Source: Candidatus Nanobsidianus stetteri (lineage in GTDB: Archaea > Nanobdellota > Nanobdellia > Nanobdellales > Nanobdellaceae). From it: a stretch of 32,000 nucleotides of DNA. Position 1 is the first letter of the stretch. Each line of letters begins with the position of its first letter. The notes beneath the pieces are model-generated. The model was not told the DNA's origin and did not search any database. It was given only the letters and a program-made list of their open reading frames with translations. The position numbers and the translations under genes are program-made. This document shows positions 23,811 through 31,847 of the stretch, piece by piece. The stretch spans positions 23,194-55,193 of the forward strand of contig NZ_QEFP02000003.1 of assembly GCF_003086415.1 (NCBI RefSeq), read 5' to 3'.

Positions 23811-24806
23811 ATGGATTTCCCAGATTCCGTAGATCATACTAGAAGGAAGGCTATAAAGGCTATATTGCTTTTGACTTTATCGTCGGCTTTCAAACTGACA
23901 GGTAAGCTAGCTGGTCAAATAGTTGGTGAAGTTCTATCCGAATATGTAGGAAAATCACCAAGAGATTTAGAGGAGATATTATTTAGAAATAACGATATAC
24001 AATTTATACCTTTAGAAGTAACAGATGCAAAAGTATACTATGCTCCATATATAACATTACATAATCCTTTTACAGAACAAAAATTACAAATCGAAATTCC
24101 TCTAATAGACAATGTTGCATATCTAACAGTATATAATCCTTCTACAGAACAAAAATTACAAATTGCACTTCCTAGTCAATCTGTATCAAATAGAAATATT
24201 AATGTAGGAAATCTCTTATCGGCAATAAAATCTCATAATGAAAAGTATGGAACTAATTATCGACTTTATCTAGTATTGGGAAAAGAAAATTTAAGTCAAG
24301 TTGTTCAACAAAATAATGGTATATGGTATTTATTAAATCCACAAATATATTATAAAAATGGTATATGGTATTTACTAGATCCACGAATACGTTCTAATAT
24401 ATTAATCTCGGATAGAGGATGGCAAGATGTATATAATGCATTATTGAATCTCTTGAATGGAAACGCTACAGTTGTAATGCCAACTTTGTATCAAGGTCCA
24501 TATTCAAACAGTCTTTGGGGATGGATTAATGGTATTGGTAGGGTAGTAACAGTATATCAAAGCGGACAGCAAGTAAATAGTGTAGAAAATTACATTAACT
24601 TGGCTGATTATATTCTCGGAACTCCAAATAATCCGAATCCAACAAGTCAAGGAATTTTGAATGTAGATACTATTGCAAATGTACAACAGGTAGGTGTCTA
24701 TAATAGTGGTGGTAATCAATATCCAGTATATGGAGTAAATGATTATTATGGTACATATATAGTGTTAATACCAGACCAAGATAAGCCCCTCTTTTCAAAT
24801 TTGTAA
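23811..24806 (+). CDS. Secreted protein with twin-arginine (Tat)-like signal and internal tandem repeats, function unknown
   Basis: N-terminus DHTRRKAIKAILLLTLSSAFKL fits the pattern T-R-R-x-h-h-K plus an h-region. The mature part is N/Y/Q/P-rich and poor in charged residues. G+C is higher than its neighbours (hand counts 35-47% in lines 23821-23940). Confidence 0.65.
   Translation: MDFPDSVDHTRRKAIKAILLLTLSSAFKLTGKLAGQIVGEVLSEYVGKSPRDLEEILFRNNDIQFIPLEVTDAKVYYAPYITLHNPFTEQKLQIEIPLIDNVAYLTVYNPSTEQKLQIALPSQSVSNRNINVGNLLSAIKSHNEKYGTNYRLYLVLGKENLSQVVQQNNGIWYLLNPQIYYKNGIWYLLDPRIRSNILISDRGWQDVYNALLNLLNGNATVVMPTLYQGPYSNSLWGWINGIGRVVTVYQSGQQVNSVENYINLADYILGTPNNPNPTSQGILNVDTIANVQQVGVYNSGGNQYPVYGVNDYYGTYIVLIPDQDKPLFSNL
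24061..24173 (+). repeat. In-frame tandem direct repeat with 72-nt (24-aa) period
   Basis: ataatccttttacagaacaaaaattacaaatcgaaattcct (24061-24101) matches ataatccttctacagaacaaaaattacaaattgcacttcct (24133-24173). About 36 of 41 positions are identical. The peptides are NPFTEQKLQIEIP and NPSTEQKLQIALP. Confidence 0.85.
24315..24389 (+). repeat. In-frame tandem direct repeat with 42-nt (14-aa) period
   Basis: aatggtatatggtatttattaaatccacaaata (24315-24347) matches aatggtatatggtatttactagatccacgaata (24357-24389) at 30 of 33 positions. The peptides are NGIWYLLNPQI and NGIWYLLDPRI. Confidence 0.85.
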
Positions 24807-24807
24807 A

Positions 24808-24813
24808 TTTTTT
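24808..24813 (+). terminator. Oligo-T tract 1 nt after the stop codon
   Basis: TAA at 24804-24806 is followed by a and then TTTTTT. The next gene starts only 14 nt later, so read-through or an operon is equally possible. Confidence 0.2.
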
Positions 24814-24826
24814 ATATTAAATAATA

Positions 24827-25834
24827 ATGGTATATATAAATGGGAGAGATTTTTTGAAATTAGCATTAGGATTGGCTGGAATTGCTGTTTTAACATTAAC
24901 TTTTAAATATGGAATAAATAATATTTTATATCAAAACTTTTCAAATAATCCGAATAATCCACAATATATATTTTGGAATGTTCCATGGGGACCTGGCAAT
25001 GGAACTTATAAATTATTGAATCCTTATTTTCAAAGTAATTCTCCTATTACGGAAGGTGTTATAGTAACTTTTGATAATTATTATAATCATTCCTTAGATC
25101 GAATATTATATTTATATGAAAATAATATAAATAAAAAACCAATTTATATAAACTTATTTGTTACAACTGATAGAGATAATATTACAAACTTATCACAATA
25201 TGATCAAAATATTAAAGAATTTTTAGAATACTTATCAAATATTACTAATGGTGGAGAAAATATTATTATTGGATTTAGCGAAATTGATAAAGCTCCAATA
25301 GAACAGTTAGCATATTATTATTCTCTAATGAAAAATTATTTACCAAAAGCAAAATTATTTTATTATGTAGATATTGGAAATTCAACAAGAATAGTAGAAT
25401 TATATAATTATTTGTTAAATAATTATGGAATAAAATTGGATATGATTGGTTTAGAAGTATATGGAACTTATAATTATAATAATGGAAATATTTCGATGAG
25501 TGAATATATGATAAATATTATTATGCAATATAAGCAATTTGCAGATGAAAATAATATTAAATTTTTTATAGGTGAATTAGGATTTAGAAATGGAGATTTA
25601 GAAGGTTATATAAGTTCTGGAGGTCTTGGATATTGGAATGGTCCTTCTGAACAAGGATATCAGGCTACAATAAGATATTATGAAGATATAATTAATCAAT
25701 TACATGAAATGGGTATAGATATAATTGGAATATATAATTGGAATGGGTATAATGGTGATCCTTTTGGACTATGGAATAATCCATATGTTAATAATTTAAT
25801 AAATTATATGATTAGCAATTCTAATTATAATTAA
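24827..25834 (+). CDS. Secreted TIM-barrel glycoside-hydrolase-like protein (clan GH-A-like), tentative
   Basis: The N-terminus INGRDFLKLALGLAGIAVLTLTF resembles a Tat signal with only one Arg. IIIGFSEIDKAP is a candidate acid/base strand. About 90 aa later, KFFIGELGFRNG is a candidate nucleophile strand (GE-x-G), a spacing typical of clan GH-A. The ORF call is solid, but the function is low confidence. Confidence 0.45.
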   Translation: MVYINGRDFLKLALGLAGIAVLTLTFKYGINNILYQNFSNNPNNPQYIFWNVPWGPGNGTYKLLNPYFQSNSPITEGVIVTFDNYYNHSLDRILYLYENNINKKPIYINLFVTTDRDNITNLSQYDQNIKEFLEYLSNITNGGENIIIGFSEIDKAPIEQLAYYYSLMKNYLPKAKLFYYVDIGNSTRIVELYNYLLNNYGIKLDMIGLEVYGTYNYNNGNISMSEYMINIIMQYKQFADENNIKFFIGELGFRNGDLEGYISSGGLGYWNGPSEQGYQATIRYYEDIINQLHEMGIDIIGIYNWNGYNGDPFGLWNNPYVNNLINYMISNSNYN

Positions 25835-25848
25835 AAATTAATAAAATC

Positions 25849-26280
25849 TCATATAACCAATAATACTAAAGCAATAAACATTAATATACTAGCAATAACT
25901 TTTTTAATCGTTAATTCTTCATTTAATATTATAATACCAAGTAGAACAACAAATAAAAAGCTGGATCTATCTATTATGCTAACATTACTAGCTTTTCCAA
26001 TTTTTAATGCATAAAAGAAGGCAATCCAGGAAATAGAACCAAATAGAGCACTTAATATTACAAATATATAATCTTTGTTAGACAAATTAAATAGGTTATT
26101 TATATTTCTAACTTCCAATATAAATATAATAAATATAATAATTGTCATAATAATTGATCTTAAGGTTGTTACTGTAATAGAATTTAGTCCTTGTAACCCA
26201 ATTTTAGCAAATATAGTAGAAAAAGCTGCAAATATTGCTCCTACTAAAGAATATATAAACCAAGTTGGTATTGAAACCAT
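25849..26280 (-). CDS. Single-EamA-domain (DMT superfamily) small membrane transporter
   Basis: 143 aa with about 5 TM. WFIYSLVGAIFAAFSTIFAKIGLQGLNSITVTTLRS and the C-terminal IASILMFIALVLLV fit an EamA half-transporter. Confidence 0.65.
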   Translation of the reverse strand: MVSIPTWFIYSLVGAIFAAFSTIFAKIGLQGLNSITVTTLRSIIMTIIIFIIFILEVRNINNLFNLSNKDYIFVILSALFGSISWIAFFYALKIGKASNVSIIDRSSFLFVVLLGIIILNEELTIKKVIASILMFIALVLLVI

Positions 26281-26434
26281 ATTCTATTCAAATCTTTAGA
26301 AATTTAAAAAAGTTCTAAAATGAATATTGATTTGAGTTATTTGAAGAAATAGAAAATTATAGAATAATTTTAGGATATAATTTAGAAAAAATATTTAGAC
26401 AATAATTCAGAAAAATTTATAAAATATATATAGA

Positions 26435-27130
26435 TTATTTCTGCTCATTATTTTTCTTTTTTATTACTATCTTTTGTGAAATTATCATATTATTTGGAAT
26501 TAATACTATATTTCCATCAGCTCTCAATGCTTTTGTAAACATTGCATTTATTTCTATTACTTTTATATCTGTTTCTCCAGCTACATCTATGACATCTCCT
26601 ATTTGAAATGGTCTACTTAATAATAAGAATATTCCAGCAATAGCCTGACCTAAGACTTGCTGTGTTGCAAAACCTATTACCATACCAATAAAACCACCTA
26701 ATGCTACTCCTGCAACACCACCACCAACTGCACCAGCAATACCTGCAAATAGACCACCAATTCCTAAAATTTTTATTAAACTTCTTATTGCAGAAGCTGT
26801 AGATTCTCCATACTTTGGTTTAAATATTGCATAAAACATTGATGCTACTGAAACTATTACAAACCATCCAAATATAATCAGTACAAGGATAATAGCATAT
26901 ATCGAATAATTCTCCAATCCTAAAATTGCGCTAATACCTGTCATACTATATAGCATTTGTAATCCTCCTGTAAAGAACCACTGTACAATCCCCATAGCTA
27001 CTACAAATATTACTGAATATATAATAACTTTGGTTAGAGCTTTTCCCAAAGAATCTTCGTTTGCCATTCTTATAACTTTAATATAATATTTAAAAAGCTT
27101 TTTATTGTAATACTCAATTAAATTTTTCAT
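26435..27130 (-). CDS. mscS: Small-conductance mechanosensitive channel (MscS family)
   Basis: Gly/Ala-rich pore helix is GGVAGVALGGFIGMVIGFATQQVLGQAIAGIFLLLSRPFQIGDVIDV. The beta-domain is IKVIEINAMFTKALRADGNIVLIPNNMI. The likelier start is MANEDS at 27067. Confidence 0.8.
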   Translation of the reverse strand: MKNLIEYYNKKLFKYYIKVIRMANEDSLGKALTKVIIYSVIFVVAMGIVQWFFTGGLQMLYSMTGISAILGLENYSIYAIILVLIIFGWFVIVSVASMFYAIFKPKYGESTASAIRSLIKILGIGGLFAGIAGAVGGGVAGVALGGFIGMVIGFATQQVLGQAIAGIFLLLSRPFQIGDVIDVAGETDIKVIEINAMFTKALRADGNIVLIPNNMIISQKIVIKKKNNEQK

Positions 27131-27432
27131 TAAAAAATCTCAAATTATTTTCATAGATTAAATATTTTTTAATTTTTATATTGGTATCTTTGAAATTTTT
27201 ATTGATTATATTTTATGAAAATAATGAAAGAATTTCATTTTAATGGAACAGAAAAATTTATCTTAAGATATGATAATTATGTATTAAAATTTAACTTTAA
27301 TAATGAAAAAGATTTATTTGAATTTAGTATCTCCAAAAAATTCTACATATTATCATAAAGCAAATAAGATTATTAATCATTTAATTTCAGTTCTTGTAAC
27401 TTATAAATGTAAAAATGAAAGTACTCGAATAC

Positions 27433-27489
27433 TATTAGAAGTATAACTTCTAATGATTTATAAATATATTAGAAGTATAAATTCTAATA
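27433..27489 (+). promoter_or_regulatory. Duplicated 19-bp palindrome (candidate operator pair) overlapping the two alternative starts of the ATPase gene
   Basis: TTAGAAGT-ATA-ACTTCTAA (27435-27453) has perfect 8-bp arms. TTAGAAGT-ATA-AATTCTAA (27469-27487) has one arm mismatch. The 23-nt units starting at 27433 and 27467 match at 22 of 23 positions with a 34-nt period. Each unit abuts an in-frame ATG (27453 and 27489). Confidence 0.5.
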
Positions 27490-28694
27490 TGAATGATGAA
27501 TTATTATATTACTTTAACCCATGGTATATTAATCAAAAAGATATAGTAATAGAAAGATGGGAAAATATGAAAATAAGATGGATACCTGAATGGTTAAAAG
27601 ATATTTCTTTAGAACCCTTTTCACTAAATTTTATCATAGGACCTAGACAGGTTGGTAAAACAACAGGAATAAAATTACTAATAAATAAATTATTAGAAAA
27701 TAGAGATCCTTGGTCTATATTTTATTATGATTGTTCAAATTTAACAAATTTTGAAGAATTAAAAAAAGTAATTGATTATTATTTAAAAATAAAAGAAAAA
27801 AGAAATATAAAAACATCATATATTTTCTTAGATGAAATTACACATGTAAATGATTGGTGGAGAACAATTAAATTATATATAGACATAGGAAAATTTAAAG
27901 ATGATGTCATAACTATTACAGGTTCTTCCTCTATAAAATTAAAAGGAGAAGTAGAATTATTCCCTGGTAGAAGAGGAAATGGAAAAGATGTATATGTTTA
28001 TCCATTAAGTTTTAGAGAATATTTAAATATAAAAGGAATAAAAATAGATAAATATGAAAATATTTTAGAAGGAATGAATAATTTATCAGGTTTAGAACCA
28101 AAAATATTTAAAGAATTTGAAAATTATCTAGAAACTGGCGGGTATCCCTTATCAATAAATGGTTTTAAAGATGCAGGTTTTCAAATTATAAGCTCTATAG
28201 AAAATGAAATTTTAAGGTCTGGAAGAAATATTGAATTATCTAAAGCAATTATATCTACTATTTTATCTAAAGCCCCCTCTCCTTTATCTTTTTCATCAAT
28301 AGGAAAGGAAGTTGGGGTCTCTTATAAGACTGTTGAAGATTATATAGAAATCTTTAGAAGATTATTTATATTAGATTATGCTCTATTTAAAGAAAAACAA
28401 ATAATTTGGAGAAAAGAAAGAAAATTTTTTATATTAGATCCATATTTAGCAAAATCTTTAAGTTTATGGACTAATACAAAATATTTGGATAGCGTATCAT
28501 ATGAATGGATTATACAATCACATTTAAAAAGAAGATTTGGAGAGGTATTTTATTATAGAAATAGTTACGAAATAGATGTTATTGCAGGTAATTTAAAAAT
28601 GGAAATTAAATCTAAAAGAGCTCATAAAAATTATCCAAAAGATGTAATAATTCTAGATGAAAATAATTTACCATTATTTTTAGCTGTTATATAA
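27453..28694 (+). CDS. AAA-type ATPase of the COG1373 / DUF4143 family
   Basis: The leader is YYFNPWY. Walker A is IIGPRQVGKTTGIKLL. Walker B is YIFLDEITHVNDWW. ITITGSSSIKLKGEVELFPGRRG...YPLSFREYL is the family signature. The start may instead be MNDELLYY at 27489. Confidence 0.85.
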   Translation: MIYKYIRSINSNMNDELLYYFNPWYINQKDIVIERWENMKIRWIPEWLKDISLEPFSLNFIIGPRQVGKTTGIKLLINKLLENRDPWSIFYYDCSNLTNFEELKKVIDYYLKIKEKRNIKTSYIFLDEITHVNDWWRTIKLYIDIGKFKDDVITITGSSSIKLKGEVELFPGRRGNGKDVYVYPLSFREYLNIKGIKIDKYENILEGMNNLSGLEPKIFKEFENYLETGGYPLSINGFKDAGFQIISSIENEILRSGRNIELSKAIISTILSKAPSPLSFSSIGKEVGVSYKTVEDYIEIFRRLFILDYALFKEKQIIWRKERKFFILDPYLAKSLSLWTNTKYLDSVSYEWIIQSHLKRRFGEVFYYRNSYEIDVIAGNLKMEIKSKRAHKNYPKDVIILDENNLPLFLAVI

Positions 28695-28764
28695 TATTTT
28701 AAATTATATAAAAAGAAGTTTTAAGTAATAAAAATTTATAAATTTCTTCTGTTACTATATATTA

Positions 28765-29787
28765 ATGGTAGTAGATAATTATGGTTTGGATTTGGATAAA
28801 ATTATAATAGAATCTTATAAAAAGTCTAAAGAATATCTTAAAAGAGCTGGTATAGAAATTAATAAAGATATAAGATTAAGAGTATTAAAATCTTCAAATT
28901 TATTACAGGAATTATACGATATGATAAAAAAATATGATATATATGAATTAAAGCAAGAGCTCAACGAAATTGGTAAAAGTTTATTGGAACGATTATCTAA
29001 AGATGATGTATATATAATAAATGAGAAAAATCTTAGAGAATTTTATATAGGTGAGATATATTTATTAAAGCAAAAATATAATACAGATGATATAAATGAA
29101 TTAAATAATAAGATACTTAAATATATTGTACTTCCTATTATAAAGAACGAACGTGCTGATGGATTGAGCGTATCACAAACAGAAGAAATTTTCATTGTAG
29201 AAGATCGATTAAAAAGACATATAGATGAAACATTAGAATCAAATAGATCCGATTCTATAAATATAAATGGACCATCTATTATTAGAGTAAAATCACCACT
29301 ATCCGCGGTCATATCTACTCCCTTATATACAGAGGAAAAAAATATAGAAAAAGATTTAACAGAATTTTATACTATTAATGTTACATTTCATGAAGAAGGA
29401 CATCTTTTTGATAATAGAAAAAGATGGGATGATGCAGAATTTTTAGCTTCTGCTTTACAATATATAATGTACATTGATATGAATGATTTATTAAGATATC
29501 CAGAAACGCATAAAATCGTAAAAGAAAATATAATAGAATGTAAAAAATACGTGGCGATATTTGCAGTCTTGGGCTATCGTATGGTTGTTGGAAATCTTCC
29601 ACAAAGTCTGCTAGAAGCTGCTAATGAACTTAGAGGAGGAGCTCCTTATGAGTTGGGAGAATGTTATGCGAATATTATTATAGATAGAAATAAAAATCTA
29701 AATATAAAAGATGCTGTAGAAGAAGTTAAAAATTTATCTGTATTACACGCTATAAGAGAAATTATACTTTATGAGCCTAAAGGATAA
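28765..29787 (+). CDS. Hypothetical HExxH-motif protein (putative zinc metallopeptidase), paralog A
   Basis: 340 aa with the motif VTFHEEGHLFD. It shares six collinear blocks with the next ORF (see findings). Confidence 0.6.
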   Translation: MVVDNYGLDLDKIIIESYKKSKEYLKRAGIEINKDIRLRVLKSSNLLQELYDMIKKYDIYELKQELNEIGKSLLERLSKDDVYIINEKNLREFYIGEIYLLKQKYNTDDINELNNKILKYIVLPIIKNERADGLSVSQTEEIFIVEDRLKRHIDETLESNRSDSININGPSIIRVKSPLSAVISTPLYTEEKNIEKDLTEFYTINVTFHEEGHLFDNRKRWDDAEFLASALQYIMYIDMNDLLRYPETHKIVKENIIECKKYVAIFAVLGYRMVVGNLPQSLLEAANELRGGAPYELGECYANIIIDRNKNLNIKDAVEEVKNLSVLHAIREIILYEPKG

Positions 29788-29833
29788 TGAAATATATTTT
29801 TGAATGTACTAAATTTTGAAATAATAAAAATTT

Positions 29834-30685
29834 ATGAACTTCAGATACTATTATATAGTAATGTCAGAAGACAAATTGGCTGATATTATAAAAAATAGTT
29901 TTGAAGAAGCTATAGAATATTTCAACAAGAATGGTATAAAAGTTGAAGGACTAAAATTAACAATACTAGAGTCTCCAGAATTGTTAATACAGAAATATGG
30001 AAAAGATAAAATAAATGAAAATACTGGCGGAACGTATGATCCAGGAGCAAAGGAAATTTATATTATAAAAAATCATATAAAAAATTTTGCAGATAAAGTT
30101 TCGAAAAGTATGAATGAAAGTTCTATTGGTAATCTATTTACAATATCACGTAACGAAGTATTATGGCCAGTATATAAAAATGATAATGATATAGAAAAAG
30201 CTATAGCAAAAGCTGATGCAGAATCAATATTAATTCATGAAATTGGACACCATATAGTTGGTAGCGGTGACTGGAAAACTTCTTTTGTTGAGTTTTTAGT
30301 ATATTTCTATAAAAATGAATTATATAAATATCCTGAAGTGTATAAAATTATGGAAAGAAATACAAAAAAATGTAAAAAAATTTATACAAGAAAAAATCCA
30401 CCATCCTATTTACCTTATTCTTTAGGATACTGTTTTGCAAATGATCTTATATATGCTTATGAATATATATTAAATAAAAACAAAGAATCTCCTAAATTAA
30501 ATATTAAAGATATGATAGAAAAATTTAAACATTTCTCTGAAGAGGATGGTATAAAAATAACTAAAATGGTTAATACATTACTAAAAGATTATATAAATAT
30601 TAAAAGTATGCTCAATATAAAAGCCAATATGTTAAGTTGCTTATTAGAAAAGTTACCTAATATAATGGACAATATAAATTCATGA
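29834..30685 (+). CDS. Hypothetical HExxH-motif protein (putative zinc metallopeptidase), paralog B
   Basis: Motif SILIHEIGHHIVG. It is collinear with paralog A. Alignment with paralog A suggests the start is MSEDKLADII at 29861. Confidence 0.6.
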   Translation: MNFRYYYIVMSEDKLADIIKNSFEEAIEYFNKNGIKVEGLKLTILESPELLIQKYGKDKINENTGGTYDPGAKEIYIIKNHIKNFADKVSKSMNESSIGNLFTISRNEVLWPVYKNDNDIEKAIAKADAESILIHEIGHHIVGSGDWKTSFVEFLVYFYKNELYKYPEVYKIMERNTKKCKKIYTRKNPPSYLPYSLGYCFANDLIYAYEYILNKNKESPKLNIKDMIEKFKHFSEEDGIKITKMVNTLLKDYINIKSMLNIKANMLSCLLEKLPNIMDNINS

Positions 30686-30877
30686 AAAAATTCAATAAAT
30701 GAATGATAGAAATATAAAAATTAGAGAAATTTAATATCTATATGGTTTATAACCAATTAAAATAAATAAATATAATACAAAGCGTATTAGTTAAAATTTC
30801 TGTTTTTATAATAAATATTTTTAATTAAAAAATATTATTTTAATGATAGGCTTTTTTAGTCCAATATTACTTTAATG

Positions 30878-31666
30878 TTATGGATATGCTGTGCCATTTT
30901 TTAAAAACTGCTCCAATCTCTCTTTAGGATGATCACTAATTCTAGTATCTTCATTAGATAAATTATATTTAACTATCTTAGCATTGAGTAAATCATAGGC
31001 TTCTAGTTGTTTAGTATTCCAATCATAAGATAAAATTATATTTGGATCAGGTACTATAGTCCTCCCATCATCAATTTCTTTTAATGTAATAAATGTATAA
31101 ATTGATGATGGGTCATGTAATAAATAATCTAAAATTCTCTCGTTTTCTGATAACCAACTTCTAGATACTGCAAAAATTCGGGTATGTCCTGTATCTTCAG
31201 CATCTCTCCATCTATCATCACGAATTTTGCTCCAATACGTCCTTTCTATAAAATCACTTATATTTTTAATGTAAATTTTATTTTGATTGGGATCTTTTGT
31301 CTTTATATTCATTAACATATCATTTACTATTTTCCCTATATCAGGAATGCATGCCTGTGCAGTGAAATATGGCGAGTATCTGACGAATACTCCTTTTCTT
31401 TGTTGATTTTCTTCATATGGTTCTGGATATGTATATATGTATATTCTACTTATTTCATATTTTCCATCTAAGTAAGTATCTACTTGTGGGTTTATTGGCA
31501 TTCCATTTTTTTCAAAAATATTTATAAGTTCTTTATAATATGGTAGGGAACTAACGGGCATATAAATAGTTAGCCATTTATGTCTTGTGTTAGGATAATC
31601 AAAGAGAAAAATTTTTATTCCACCCACTTTTCCACTTATTAACATACTTTGAAAATCAGCGTCCAT
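30878..31666 (-). CDS. Hypothetical protein; the reading frame stays open 76 codons upstream of this Met, so it is probably the 3' part of a longer frameshifted gene
   Basis: 262-aa ORF from the track. My own translation shows the same frame is stop-free up to 31894 (KTYSDPIKRGVKEYTKIAEYYQDLARIYGLTPFQHDDSLAVIADKELAQAAESKCPYPISGIKIHTPFSKEIKNLL-MDADF...) with no ATG, GTG or TTG in that stretch. Confidence 0.6.
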   Translation of the reverse strand: MDADFQSMLISGKVGGIKIFLFDYPNTRHKWLTIYMPVSSLPYYKELINIFEKNGMPINPQVDTYLDGKYEISRIYIYTYPEPYEENQQRKGVFVRYSPYFTAQACIPDIGKIVNDMLMNIKTKDPNQNKIYIKNISDFIERTYWSKIRDDRWRDAEDTGHTRIFAVSRSWLSENERILDYLLHDPSSIYTFITLKEIDDGRTIVPDPNIILSYDWNTKQLEAYDLLNAKIVKYNLSNEDTRISDHPKERLEQFLKNGTAYP

Positions 31667-31847
31667 TAAAAGATTCTTTATTTCTTTTGAAAATGGGGTA
31701 TGTATTTTTATTCCACTTATTGGATATGGACATTTGCTCTCTGCAGCCTGTGCTAGTTCTTTATCTGCTATAACCGCAAGGGAATCATCGTGTTGAAAAG
31801 GTGTAAGTCCATATATTCTAGCAAGATCTTGATAGTATTCTGCTATT

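Noticed and set aside
26295-26319. Inverted repeat TTTAGAA-N11-TTCTAAA upstream of the EamA gene, sharing the TTAGAA/TTCTAA half-sites of the ATPase palindromes
   Set aside because: The 7-nt A/T-rich arms with a long spacer are plausibly chance in ~25% G+C DNA. The spacing differs from the 3-nt spacer of the 27435/27469 sites. It is worth including in a genome-wide motif search but is not supportable alone.
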